From positions 1 to 51,309 of IMG/VR virus record IMGVR_UViG_3300009082_000024: 51,309 bases of DNA, one strand, 5' to 3'. This DNA comes from a virus (lineage: Duplodnaviria; Caudoviricetes). Below, piece after piece: positions 30,001-37,779 of the stretch. Both the position numbers and the translations under genes were made by a program. Each line of letters starts with the position of its first letter. Position 1 is the first letter of the stretch. The notes beneath the pieces were generated by a model. The model did not search any database. It saw only the letters and a list, made by a program, of their open reading frames with translations, and had not been told where the DNA came from.

Positions 30001-31972
30001 TCGCAAGTATCGTACCAACGAAGAATATCTCCTTGCTGCTGGAGATTGGAGGCTTCCCAGTAGAGATCCTTTAGGGCTTCCCCCTGAGTTTACAGCCACT
30101 GGCAGAGGCTTATTCCCTGTTGATGATTATGTCGCACAACTCCAAGAATATGTTAAAGACAGCCTTAAGAAAATAGACCAGGCTCAGTCTATTGAAATGC
30201 TTAGAGATGTTGAGATAGCACCGAATAGAAAAGCTGTTTATTATAGGCATGATGTAGAACCGTTGGCCAAGAAGGCAGGAGTGAGCGTTGAGAACTGGCT
30301 TCAAGCTAATCATTATGTAGAAGCTAAAGGAGCTCCAGGCTTGGTACAATGGTATCGTGGAGCTTTCCAGGAGCCTTGGGTACATGATTCAGTAGCTGAC
30401 ATTGTTACTAATATGTACGGTCAAGAAGGAAAGAGTCCGACCATGTGGTTCTTGAATTTCTTAAGGCGCGTGCAGACATGGAACCCTTTTGATACTACCG
30501 CTATTTACCTGGGCAGGATGCTAGTAAGTTTTAAACCGCACGTCTATAAGACATTTATCCGTAATCTTGGACGTGCTTTTCCGAAGGTTATTTCTGCTCC
30601 GATCACTACAGCCAGGCGCATGATCAGAGGTGAGTATGACGAAGATCCTATACAAAACTTTGATCTATTGCCTCTCATGATGGAGGCTGGTTTTTCGGGG
30701 TATAGATTTGAATCAGCATTACGTGCGAGTTTTAGTAATATGGATCTCGGTAAGTTTGCCAGCGCGCGCGGAGTAGTGACTAATCTTTATGATTATTTGA
30801 TAACTGCTGGTGGTATCAGTCCGACCATTTTCAACGAGATAATTTCAAGGACTTTATATGATGTGACTAAAGTGGAATATGAAGCTATTAAGAAAAGAAA
30901 ACCTCACTTGTCTGATAAGGCAGCGATGAAACGTGCGGTTAGCTTCGTCAACGATGCTTCAATGATCCCTACCAGTGCTGTCTATGCCAAGGCTGGTAAG
31001 ATCTATAATTTCATTTTTTATTCAAGGAATTTGATCACAGCACCTGTTCGCATGGCTACTGGTGCTGCTTATGGATTAAGTAAGCTTCCAGGCATAAAGG
31101 GTACTAAGGCGGAGAAAACGATACAGAGTTTTTATAAGTTCAAAACTGGCCCTCTTTCGCACTACTTTACTCCTTTGACGCACGGAGAAAAAACACCTGA
31201 GGAATTGGATGACCTTTGGCAGAGGTATGCTGTACAGCTTGCTTCAGTATTCGCAGTTAAATTAGCGGTCAATACGTTCGTTCAATACATGATGCAGAGT
31301 CTGCGTGGCGGCCCAGATGATGACAAGTGGATGTTTAATAACCCGAAGGGCTATAAGTTTTCTATCTGGGGAGGAGCAAGGGACGAAAGCAATAGGACGC
31401 ATCTTATTGAACCTCAGTACATGAGAGAGGTGCAATTTCTTTATGATATGCTAGGGCCTACTTCTATAGATTATAAAGTTAAGAGAGCAAAAAATAAATT
31501 AAACGTAGGCCTTAGCCAGCTGCTCACTTTCTTCGAATATTGGGCTAAGAACAGTGACGTTCCTCTTCTGACCGAAGGCGGTAAGGCAGGTTGGTTAGTC
31601 GATGCCGCTCAGGAAATGAGCGAAGCTTTTACGGCTATGGGTTTTGAAAGACAACCAGAATATAAAGGTGAGGATCAATGGTTAAAGGCAGCACAGTTGT
31701 TCGGTGTAACCGTGCGGCAAGGCCCTGCGCTTGGCCCAGGGGAATCGATGTCTATGGTTGATAGGATAAAAGCTCCAGGCAAGATGAGAGATTATATCTT
31801 GGATACAGCACGCAGGCGTATTGTTGATGAGGGGCAAGATCCTATGCAGGTTCGTCGTGAATTAGGGCTCACTTTCGATCAGATAAAAAACATAGTTCTT
31901 AGCACCCGTACTCCGTTACTAGATCTTTTTAAGAGAAATAGAAAAGCAACCATACAATTCCAGAAAAAATAA
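24059..31972 (+). CDS. giant internal virion polyvalent protein (2637 aa)
   Basis: Duplicated LPPGF N-terminus, membrane-like Gly/Ala segments, DUF4326-like segment, HEFLH zincin motif. Confidence 0.75.
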   Translation: MPLPPGFKLTEETQGKGLPPGFTLIEDTPQGKPSSYDTVWTRMGETAKRPVELAPFAGTAADIYDIAKIKMAADRLQKDEATQEDIDLVQSYLDKESRPKTFGYKVADVVAQIPAFAGEMYFTGGLAAAGKAAAFQTAKAASKKILSTATREALTKSLAKTATRKLLTGTAKKIAGGLVAGSVQSLPAGALRTIKGTLERTGPQINLDGSISGGQDLLPAAKDAAVSQWIETVSERSGGLLGEAAKYIPEKYINSAIVRALKKANPLANNERLKKVVEATQWHGVWGEFFEERVADVGRAMTGLDEWKLPSAEQIAVELTSFSVPGVGAALAKKALDYSKSKGEVAKEGAKEEGITKGAEGDIKVPVFPKTVKFTTMAEMTGNKIFSTSVEKDAKGRTVIQSAPKQNIRENFTADENTRMDTMASSILQDAKIISHYPKAHIVHFNEMEPTIKDNIVNILFENKDQPQEKQTTDVINYVQELRNSPQLFLSGVDKKSEIVKRQGKQIFTAINPATEIYFSPFMAKVPLTRIAQYLVGEGIPVEKASVHQLVGADQVEIAKQVHKTLEIEFNRQAKLQRNAREAAAVVDNVRAYDESKEPSPIKAEIQPKVDTAALSKFFKGKKVDTALPSPTQQQASAITPEIVTEAPRNKEVVIRDIIEGQLGSTVLSNEEAIEYTDTKNVLTTAEKAKLLKVLDLLSTREDEYTLQTMTPQERQEFYRQRSFVADKAIEAILGKPKGKEAKAVSESAVEPTAATENTITIVPQGKGEINGMRGPLGEHMNTVGMKPGKPGWLGNPIKWAGNGGKGTLQDAIAGFKQLFLKKVESNPEFRQAVLDLRGKRIGYYRPNDPNHLQVIQEWLEGIAEADAERSAYNEESSQADTARLNADVILTGKSPYLAKDQLKADKANKFIGRGSFASSTAQYAKNFGDKANMGTYAPSDVVFISAEGNRTGRVKPDFGEIQKAIDAGATLITDNQENRKRPYNIGEREVADFLIKGGYIEQDGTWKRSQPVAAAEAQDKLSRAREETLRRAIDDSRLPQIVKDAISKYVVFVDRIPPESVNDPKLDIVSAYDPAKDKIIISLDHMTEGDVAKKVAHEFLHRGFVKTAEVLGGLNELYDIFSKAKDQLMEVLPDLLKSTGHTSLEELVADYKIDLNTQAGQLQLWQELAGRWAENLAPQPVRQEAWYDELLDNLAAWIKSFVGIESSRKEVNRLVSGLVVRGSLDAIPEQMQEGSLYREPELKVDEGGDIIKHPLVSDALKNYSLTLQDKENAMKQGSLEDTIIGQIYDINKTLHGEAKGKLGKLSRYQAVLDEIARLRKKRGVLLYFLNVKLNRDRTKMAQALQNLPDLIPEEIRVMLESTPQRLTSEIGIIDKEVSRMTWPMNVNSPSRLKKEIDVAQKEIARLSNILKTANKQQAPLLSKINTAYKNELNAYLEQMTPYEKALVSGKTAAQISRIIQDIENKGLNKEVKLVDDLIGERRAKYAQYFEEELEPGLVVDKGDEKVNLDAQDVAAVEEYKSLAKEAKDAIDESEQKEITRQAYDKRLTEMYNNLSDDARYAVDMGNSSELYRESIDDGTLELGGGYASVTATRPYILKGTVQGKPVTKTLEGTYRIQSVMEDGKVLSGVVSTAESFRIDEVDLTRDQFEEMLRENQRLAEETDEAPLKIDYWGLQMAAKRGKSPVGQNSQKPDNPFKMERTMSARLVLDLLRFAPQGLKGWAKEKLPDEVVRATQRFFAPKQVVENPQKIVEVLYDEKNRSSYFDALAYSMLHGIDRKIADTVRRDHKNSQMTIKQSTPRVIESVKKLLSSAASEIFVKEGDAGRIAVTDVGKQHQHGPGTYLGDLKAEAQGFIERATWMIDFFKIDEQWLRKTYSIPANQTVIKYLSKTRPELFFYKMLAHPNVSSDNMLQRILAYGQSIQTTILRRMMQVGLLSRADMARNIRDGYFNRVFDFLDTQKKRRRATSGGNAATESQVIQARKYRTNEEYLLAAGDWRLPSRDPLGLPPEFTATGRGLFPVDDYVAQLQEYVKDSLKKIDQAQSIEMLRDVEIAPNRKAVYYRHDVEPLAKKAGVSVENWLQANHYVEAKGAPGLVQWYRGAFQEPWVHDSVADIVTNMYGQEGKSPTMWFLNFLRRVQTWNPFDTTAIYLGRMLVSFKPHVYKTFIRNLGRAFPKVISAPITTARRMIRGEYDEDPIQNFDLLPLMMEAGFSGYRFESALRASFSNMDLGKFASARGVVTNLYDYLITAGGISPTIFNEIISRTLYDVTKVEYEAIKKRKPHLSDKAAMKRAVSFVNDASMIPTSAVYAKAGKIYNFIFYSRNLITAPVRMATGAAYGLSKLPGIKGTKAEKTIQSFYKFKTGPLSHYFTPLTHGEKTPEELDDLWQRYAVQLASVFAVKLAVNTFVQYMMQSLRGGPDDDKWMFNNPKGYKFSIWGGARDESNRTHLIEPQYMREVQFLYDMLGPTSIDYKVKRAKNKLNVGLSQLLTFFEYWAKNSDVPLLTEGGKAGWLVDAAQEMSEAFTAMGFERQPEYKGEDQWLKAAQLFGVTVRQGPALGPGESMSMVDRIKAPGKMRDYILDTARRRIVDEGQDPMQVRRELGLTFDQIKNIVLSTRTPLLDLFKRNRKATIQFQKK

Positions 31973-31973
31973 C

Positions 31974-32002
31974 TTGACAGTTTTTTTGTCGGGTAGTATA
32001 TT
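31974..32002 (+). promoter_or_regulatory. sigma70 promoter for the replication operon
   Basis: TTGACA (31974-31979), 17 nt, TATATT (31997-32002). Confidence 0.8.
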
Positions 32003-32061
32003 GCTCTCATGAATTATATCGACAGTGCTTGGTCGGTTACCGTTGAGAGAGTAAGAAGGTC

Positions 32062-32096
32062 AAAGAGCAACTTTAAGAGGTTGCTCTTTTTCTTTT
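32062..32096 (+). terminator. intrinsic terminator/attenuator
   Basis: AAAGAGCAAC / GTTGCTCTTT stem followed by TTCTTTT. Confidence 0.75.
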
Positions 32097-32098
32097 AT

Positions 32099-32170
32099 AA
32101 AGGCCCCGTTTGGCAGGAGGGAAGCTTCGGCTTTCCGCAGGCACCTTGCCATCGGGGTCTTTTATTTTTT
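32099..32170 (+). ncRNA. structured leader element with cUUCGg loop and U tract
   Basis: AAAGGCCCCG/CGGGGTCTTT, TGGCAGG/CCTTGCCA, GGGAAGC-TTCG-GCTTTCC nested stems. Confidence 0.55.
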
Positions 32171-32183
32171 CGAGGAGGTGTTT

Positions 32184-32915
32184 ATGTACAAGATAGGTTC
32201 TGCGATCAATGTCAAGCCTGAGAGCTTAAAGTTTCTCGAAGGGAATAGGCTCGTCAATAAAAAGCATTTGAATAAGCTTAAGATGGCGATGTCAGAAGAA
32301 AATCTTTTAGACGAGGCTCCTATCATCGTGAATGAAAATGGTGAGATACTTGATGGACAACACAGAGTGACTGCTGCCTTGGAATTAGGTTACAAATCTG
32401 TTCCGTGTTTAGTGCGCTCTGGTAACCTGGAGCTTGCGCAAAAGCTTAACAAGCATACTCGCAATTGGAGCATCATGGACTTTGCTTTCTCTTATGCAGC
32501 ACAAGGTAAAAAAGATTATCAGATATTCCTTGATTATAAAAACACGTGGGGTTTTGGTATCAACGAATGTTTGATAATACTTTCTGGCAGACATCACCAG
32601 ACCTTTCCTATTTTTAGAGCTGGCAATTTTCAAGTACGCGCGAGCATAGCAGAGGCAAAGGCTGTTGCTGAAGCGATACAAGAATACAAAAACATTGTGC
32701 CTAACAATGGCTATATTTCGAGGGGTTTCGTTTTAGCCTTCCTTAAGGTCTATCGCACGAAAGGTTTCTCACAGAAAAGGATGCTGCATAAGCTTGGTAT
32801 GTATCCTCTACAAAGATGCCCAGATTCTCATATGTATTTGGATGCACTTGAGCGCATTTACAATTACAGGTCTCCAAAAGAAGAAAGGATCTATTTTAAG
32901 GAGGAAGCTGAATGA
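32184..32915 (+). CDS. ParB/Srx N-terminal domain protein
   Basis: NR..N..H, PIIVNE, ILDGQHRVTAA; RBS GAGGAGG favours ATG 32184. Confidence 0.8.
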   Translation: MYKIGSAINVKPESLKFLEGNRLVNKKHLNKLKMAMSEENLLDEAPIIVNENGEILDGQHRVTAALELGYKSVPCLVRSGNLELAQKLNKHTRNWSIMDFAFSYAAQGKKDYQIFLDYKNTWGFGINECLIILSGRHHQTFPIFRAGNFQVRASIAEAKAVAEAIQEYKNIVPNNGYISRGFVLAFLKVYRTKGFSQKRMLHKLGMYPLQRCPDSHMYLDALERIYNYRSPKEERIYFKEEAE

Positions 32916-33136
32916 AGTTTGCAGTAGCTAAATACAATGTCCTTGAGAAAAAATTTCAAGGCTTTAGCTTTCTGCACGACACATTGGAGTCAGCTAAGAC
33001 AGAAGCTAAGAGGCTTACCGACAAGCAGCCAGAAGATCTATTCTATGTGATTAAAATAATCGGGCATTATCACATACATAAGTCTCCTGCTATCTGGAAA
33101 GGGGGTATAGATGAAGGTAGAAAAAATAGTCTGTGA
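32912..33136 (+). CDS. hypothetical protein
   Basis: ATGA coupling; HDTLESAKTEAKRL. Confidence 0.65.
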   Translation: MKFAVAKYNVLEKKFQGFSFLHDTLESAKTEAKRLTDKQPEDLFYVIKIIGHYHIHKSPAIWKGGIDEGRKNSL

Positions 33137-33314
33137 GCATTGCGGTCAATCTTTTCGTCCGCATAACACAATATGGTACAGCCAGCAAATATCTCAATTG
33201 CTTAAGCTCAAGCCCGAAGGTAAAGCTTTGGATGGCAGCCCTTACTATAATTCATGGAGGAAGGCTTGGCTCATTGAAGTTTACAAAGCAGTAAGAGACT
33301 TGGTGGAAAAATGA
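33111..33314 (+). CDS. hypothetical protein
   Basis: RBS GGGGG; CEHC. Confidence 0.55.
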   Translation: MKVEKIVCEHCGQSFRPHNTIWYSQQISQLLKLKPEGKALDGSPYYNSWRKAWLIEVYKAVRDLVEK

Positions 33315-33508
33315 ATTGGCTCTTTAAGAAACGCAAAATGTTAATAGGTTTCAGGCTGACGGAAGTCTCTCAGGGGAAAGAAAAAATAGTCTTGGAAGGT
33401 TACTGGGACGGCAAGAGGGGTAAGAAATTCTTTCCCAAAAAAGAGAATGACTATATTGTAGAAGCTCTTTACGAAGAAGTCAGAGTACCCTTCTGGGAGT
33501 TGGAATGA
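33311..33508 (+). CDS. hypothetical protein
   Basis: ATGA coupling. Confidence 0.55.
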   Translation: MNWLFKKRKMLIGFRLTEVSQGKEKIVLEGYWDGKRGKKFFPKKENDYIVEALYEEVRVPFWELE

Positions 33509-33696
33509 GAAAACAAGACGTATCGATACTCCTCGCTGAAATAAGAAAGCTAAACTATAAGCCTAACAACTGGGAACATTCTTTCTTAAACGGTATTTCA
33601 CAGCGCGTTGAACTTACAGAAGCGCAATCAAAGAAACTACAAGACATCTACGCCAAGGCCTCTGGCGGTGGGATTTATATCAAAAGGGAGGTATAA
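33505..33696 (+). CDS. hypothetical protein
   Basis: WEHSFL..I....LT..Q...L..IY pattern common in small phage proteins. Confidence 0.65.
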   Translation: MRKQDVSILLAEIRKLNYKPNNWEHSFLNGISQRVELTEAQSKKLQDIYAKASGGGIYIKREV

Positions 33697-34592
33697 TGAG
33701 AATATCCTATAACAATGGGAGTACGTTCAGAGGTTGTAAGAAGAAGTATTATTGGAGATATATCGAGCGTCTTGAACCTATAGTAAGGCTTCCTTCTCTT
33801 ATCACTGGAGCTATCTTACACGAAGGATTCGATTTGTTTTTCAAGGGCACATCTGACATTAAGGTGTTGGAACACATCACGGGTAAGTTTAATGAAGCGA
33901 TATCGCAGCAGGAAGCTTCTGACCAGGAAGATCTCATAATAGCTAAGTACATCGCCACGGGCATGTGGCTTCATTATCCTTACAAGAGTGAAAAATTTGA
34001 GATGATCGCTTCTGAGGAAGAGTTCACGATACCGATGGACAATTTTGAATTTGTAGGTCGGGTTGATGGAAGAGCGTTCGTCAATAGCCACTGGTGGGTG
34101 CGTGAATTAAAGACCACTGGTTTAAGCCAACGGCAATTCGAAGGTAGATGTGAAACGTCAGCACAAGGTACAGGCTATGTGTACGGCATGCAGAAACTTG
34201 GCTTTGACGTCAAAGGATTACTTTATGACTACATCAAAAAACCTTTACTGCGTAAGGGAATTACTGAATCTGTAGATGACTTTGGCAGGAGGATAGTCAA
34301 CGATTATAAAATGCGTCAGAAGCTCTACTACAACCGCTACTATTCTTACCGTTCTCCTATAGACCTTAAAAACTTTGAAGATGATATTACGGCGCTCGCT
34401 GACGATATCATAGAAACTACCGCTACAAAAAAGTTCTACCGCAACACAGACCAATGTTGGAATTTTGGTTCATGCTGCCCATATGCAAGCATCTGTTTCG
34501 CAGAAAAACCAGACCCGCTTACATTAAAACTTTATTTCAATAAAAAAAAGGAGGTAGAAGATGTCGGAGGAGAAAAAGGAAAAATTGACTGA
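33696..34592 (+). CDS. PD-(D/E)XK exonuclease (RecB/Cas4-like)
   Basis: N-terminal C, GAILH, GRVDG...ELKT, Q..GY, C-terminal Cys cluster. Confidence 0.85.
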   Translation: MRISYNNGSTFRGCKKKYYWRYIERLEPIVRLPSLITGAILHEGFDLFFKGTSDIKVLEHITGKFNEAISQQEASDQEDLIIAKYIATGMWLHYPYKSEKFEMIASEEEFTIPMDNFEFVGRVDGRAFVNSHWWVRELKTTGLSQRQFEGRCETSAQGTGYVYGMQKLGFDVKGLLYDYIKKPLLRKGITESVDDFGRRIVNDYKMRQKLYYNRYYSYRSPIDLKNFEDDITALADDIIETTATKKFYRNTDQCWNFGSCCPYASICFAEKPDPLTLKLYFNKKKEVEDVGGEKGKID

Positions 34593-34698
34593 CACTGATG
34601 TTCTTAAAGAGCTCACTAAAGCCGTTACTGAGCTGGCTGATGAGGTCAAGAAGTTATCTAAAGAATGGGAAAAGTGGAGAAAAGCAGGGAAGTTTTAG
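34561..34698 (+). CDS. 45-aa helical peptide (not in ORF track)
   Basis: RBS AAGGAGG; MSEEKKEKLTDTDVLKELTKAVTELADEVKKLSKEWEKWRKAGKF. Confidence 0.6.
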   Translation: MSEEKKEKLTDTDVLKELTKAVTELADEVKKLSKEWEKWRKAGKF

Positions 34699-34712
34699 AA
34701 TGAGGAGGTTAA

Positions 34713-35516
34713 ATGGATAAAGTCACAAGGATAGCAGACAAAGTAGCAAACAGTATATCGACATCATTGAACATAGAAACTGTCACCAGCAAACTTGACC
34801 GCGGGGTTGCCATGATCATCTATAGCAATCCAGGCGTCGGGAAGACAACGCTGGCCTCAACGCTTCCCGTTGGCGAAACGATCTTCATCAACGTTGAAGG
34901 CGGAGTAGGGCCGCTGATGGGAACTGGCCATGTGTTGTTTAATCTCCCTAATGCTGTCAAAGATTACGAGATAGAAGAAGCTGTTGACAATCTGTATAAG
35001 TATCTTCGCACTGAAAAGCACGGGTTCAAGTATGTTGTCGTTGATAACATGAGTGAGCTTGAGCAGCAGCTGTTGCTGAACTTGACCATGCGCAGAAAGA
35101 AGGATACTCCAGAGTTGAGGGAGTACGGAGACGTTGGCTTCAAGATGAAAGAGTGGGTAAGGTTGTTCAGGGATTTAGTCTATCAAGGCATCACTGTGGT
35201 TTTCAACGCATGGGAAATACCGCTTGAGATCAAGAATGTTGATGGTGCTGTGATCACTCAGACATTTCCCATGATAGGCAAGAAGCTTGCACCTCAAGCT
35301 TGCGGCATAGTCGACATCGTTGGCCATCTTGAAGTGTACGAGAAGACTGGAAAACGCTGGGTGAGATTCGGGCCGTCAGACCAATACATCACAAAATCGC
35401 AATTTCAAGGACTTGAGAGCGGAGAACCTGCTGACATGAAGTTTATCTTAGATAAGCTTTATAGCTATGATTACAGTCAAAGACAAAAAAAGGAGGGTGC
35501 TAATGAAAGTAAGTGA
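34713..35516 (+). CDS. Sak4-like (AAA_24) ssDNA-annealing ATPase
   Basis: YSNPGVGKTT, INVEGG, VVVDN, DIVGHL; flanked by exonuclease and SSB. Confidence 0.85.
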   Translation: MDKVTRIADKVANSISTSLNIETVTSKLDRGVAMIIYSNPGVGKTTLASTLPVGETIFINVEGGVGPLMGTGHVLFNLPNAVKDYEIEEAVDNLYKYLRTEKHGFKYVVVDNMSELEQQLLLNLTMRRKKDTPELREYGDVGFKMKEWVRLFRDLVYQGITVVFNAWEIPLEIKNVDGAVITQTFPMIGKKLAPQACGIVDIVGHLEVYEKTGKRWVRFGPSDQYITKSQFQGLESGEPADMKFILDKLYSYDYSQRQKKEGANESK

Positions 35517-35661
35517 GTTATCTCAGCTTATCGCTGCCATCGAGGGCAAGAAGAAAGAAGTCAACATCGCCCAGATCAAGGAAATACTTTCGTGCGCGCA
35601 GAAGGTTACCAAAGAAAGAGGTTATGATTTTTACGCATGGTTAAGGAAGGTGGGAGAATGA
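35503..35661 (+). CDS. hypothetical protein
   Basis: RBS AAGGAGG gives ATG 35503. Confidence 0.6.
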   Translation: MKVSELSQLIAAIEGKKKEVNIAQIKEILSCAQKVTKERGYDFYAWLRKVGE

Positions 35662-35933
35662 TTACGTTTAAACCGCTTAGTGACTACATTGTTATCGAAC
35701 GCGTTATGGCTAAGACTTCAATAGCCTTGCCAGAGAACAGCGAAGCATGCAGCGATGACATCTTTGAAGTCGTTGCCGTAGGGTCTGGGGATGATGAACA
35801 CCCTATCACTGTTAATATCGGTGACAAGGTGTGCTTGACTGGATATATTAACACTTACGCTTATAAGGGCGTAAAGGTCATCCTAGGGCGTTCAAGAGAC
35901 GTCATAGCGATAGTCCAGGACACCCCGTTTTGA
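35658..35933 (+). CDS. groES: GroES-like co-chaperonin
   Basis: FKPLSDYIVI...EVVAVGSG...VNIGDKV...DVIAIV. Confidence 0.85.
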   Translation: MITFKPLSDYIVIERVMAKTSIALPENSEACSDDIFEVVAVGSGDDEHPITVNIGDKVCLTGYINTYAYKGVKVILGRSRDVIAIVQDTPF

Positions 35934-36052
35934 TGGGTTTTAGGGGGGTATTTAAAGCGTTTAAGGATTGGGGAAGGGTTAGACATGGGTCTACCCTTTC
36001 TGATTGTCCAGACAGCGTGTACGAACGCTCTGGAGCGAATAGAGGAGGTGTT

Positions 36053-36316
36053 ATGAACCCAAGGTACAAGGTAGGAGATTGGCTTCAATTGGAAGGTGCT
36101 GGTGAATGTCTAAAACTCAAAGTTTTAGGGGTTCTCACCGACACCTGTTCTGGTGGCACACAGATACATTACCTTTGTAGGCCATATGTTAAAGAGCAAT
36201 ATGGTTCTAAAGGTTGGTATCCCGCGCGTACTACTGCTACAGAACCTAACGCTTTGCAGCGTTTTAATGAGATAGAGGTTATACCTTTCGAAGAAAAGGA
36301 GGATAAATGCGTATAG
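36053..36316 (+). CDS. hypothetical protein
   Basis: RBS GAGGAGG gives ATG 36053; YKVGD start. Confidence 0.6.
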   Translation: MNPRYKVGDWLQLEGAGECLKLKVLGVLTDTCSGGTQIHYLCRPYVKEQYGSKGWYPARTTATEPNALQRFNEIEVIPFEEKEDKCV

Positions 36317-36756
36317 ACTGGGAAAAAGAAGGTGACGTTGAGTATCGTGTTTACCCAGAGGGTACTTATAGGATCAAGATTACTGGGTATGAAGAGACCA
36401 CGGCCAGCACAGGCACTAAGCAAATACGCTGGAGAGGTGTAGTGATCGCTCCGCAAGATCATGTCAACGGGCCTGTAACTACACATACGGCTCTTACCGA
36501 GAAGAGTTTATGGAGATTGGCGCGCTTAGTAAAGGCTTGCGGTATATCATTGAAAGAAGCAGGGTCTATGGAAGTTGGTTCTCCTGCGTTCTTTAGGGTA
36601 TTAGACGCATGCAAAGGCAGGACTACCTATTGGCAAATGAGCAAAGGCGTTGACAACAAGGGCAGAGAACGTAATGAAATAGATGACTTTGTCGTTGACG
36701 ACGAGTGTGAGGGAACCATCAGCAACGATGATGATGCTCCATCGTTTGTAAAGTAA
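36307..36756 (+). CDS. DUF669-type single-stranded DNA-binding protein
   Basis: PEGTY...E...STG..I...WRL..L.KACG; acidic tail ending PSFVK. Confidence 0.75.
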   Translation: MRIDWEKEGDVEYRVYPEGTYRIKITGYEETTASTGTKQIRWRGVVIAPQDHVNGPVTTHTALTEKSLWRLARLVKACGISLKEAGSMEVGSPAFFRVLDACKGRTTYWQMSKGVDNKGRERNEIDDFVVDDECEGTISNDDDAPSFVK

Positions 36757-36907
36757 TTGTGTCTCACCGAGAGTGGCGTGGTAGCCTGACTGGATGTATC
36801 TGGTTTAACTTATATGTAAGGTTGCAGACCAACTGCCTCTCGGTGGGCCCACATATATCACATGTGTATCACATACGTATCAATGATATACAAAATAAAG
36901 GCTGAGT

Positions 36908-37582
36908 ATGGATTGGATTAAAGTAAAAATAAAGCACATCGAATATCAATTCTCTTCCGCTCCTGCTGAAGTTTTTAAAACATGGATATTAGTCATGTCC
37001 TATGTTGCTGCTACAGAGTGTAAGCCATTACGTAATGCATTACGTAAACGTTACGGTAATGAAAACGTAAACAATCTTGATAAGTGGTGTGCTGAATGTG
37101 GTGTAAAACTCGATCTGATTATCGACAAAGTGTTGGAAGATGTTGAGTATCTTAACAGACGTAAGTCACACTACCGCAAGTACATGAGTAATTACAGGCG
37201 TAATGCCTTACGTAAGCCTTACGTAAGGTCTAACGTAAAGGGTAAGATAAGAGAAGATAAGATAAGAAATAATAATATATATATAAGCCATAAAAATGAC
37301 GTAAATGCAGCATCATCTGCACAAAAAGATGAGAACATTACTCAAGTAGCAACTCTCTCCTTAAAAAACTCTTTCCTAGACAGCAAAAAGAAAATCTACC
37401 CCATGCTCGATGTTGAGGGTGAAATACGCAAGTGTGTCGACTGGCACACCAATAAGGGACGTAAGATCAAAGATTGGGAGAGGGCAATCACGAACTGGCT
37501 TAGCATAGCTTACGACAGGAAAGGAGTGGTAGGTGCGAAGGAAGTTGATGATACCCCTGGTTATTTAAAGAGGGTGCTATGA
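36908..37582 (+). CDS. replication initiator (lambda O/DnaD-like organisation)
   Basis: MDWIK start, central low-complexity linker with iterons, C-terminal IKDWERAITNW. Confidence 0.7.
   Translation: MDWIKVKIKHIEYQFSSAPAEVFKTWILVMSYVAATECKPLRNALRKRYGNENVNNLDKWCAECGVKLDLIIDKVLEDVEYLNRRKSHYRKYMSNYRRNALRKPYVRSNVKGKIREDKIRNNNIYISHKNDVNAASSAQKDENITQVATLSLKNSFLDSKKKIYPMLDVEGEIRKCVDWHTNKGRKIKDWERAITNWLSIAYDRKGVVGAKEVDDTPGYLKRVL
37026..37287. repeat. iterons and AT-rich tract, putative replication origin
   Basis: TTACGTAA at 37028, 37040, 37208, 37219; TAACGTAA at 37231; GATAA repeats and AT tract to ~37287. Confidence 0.7.
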
Positions 37583-37779
37583 GAACAAGAAGATGTAAGT
37601 TTTGCGGTAGTATACTTTCACAACATAATAAAACCTCATATTGTTTTATTCACGCTTACAAGGAGGAAGAGGAAGATGACAAAGTTAGAAATACTAACCG
37701 TCATAATATTTATAGCGGTAATCGGAAAATCGATATGGTTATTGACTCGGGATTACCAGAAACAACGCAGGGTTTATAA
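37579..37779 (+). CDS. small Zn-finger protein
   Basis: CKFC...CFIH; ATGA coupling. Confidence 0.5.
   Translation: MRTRRCKFCGSILSQHNKTSYCFIHAYKEEEEDDKVRNTNRHNIYSGNRKIDMVIDSGLPETTQGL

Noticed and set aside
32184-32915. Plasmid-prophage partition system
   Set aside because: Only a ParB N-terminal-type domain; no ParA, parS array, integrase, protelomerase or repressor recognised, so lifestyle is undetermined
1836-37204. 16-bp match TAATTACAGGCGTAAT at 1836-1851 and 37189-37204
   Set aside because: Both copies are in coding sequence (NYRRN); one 16-mer match in 51 kb of AT-leaning DNA is compatible with chance
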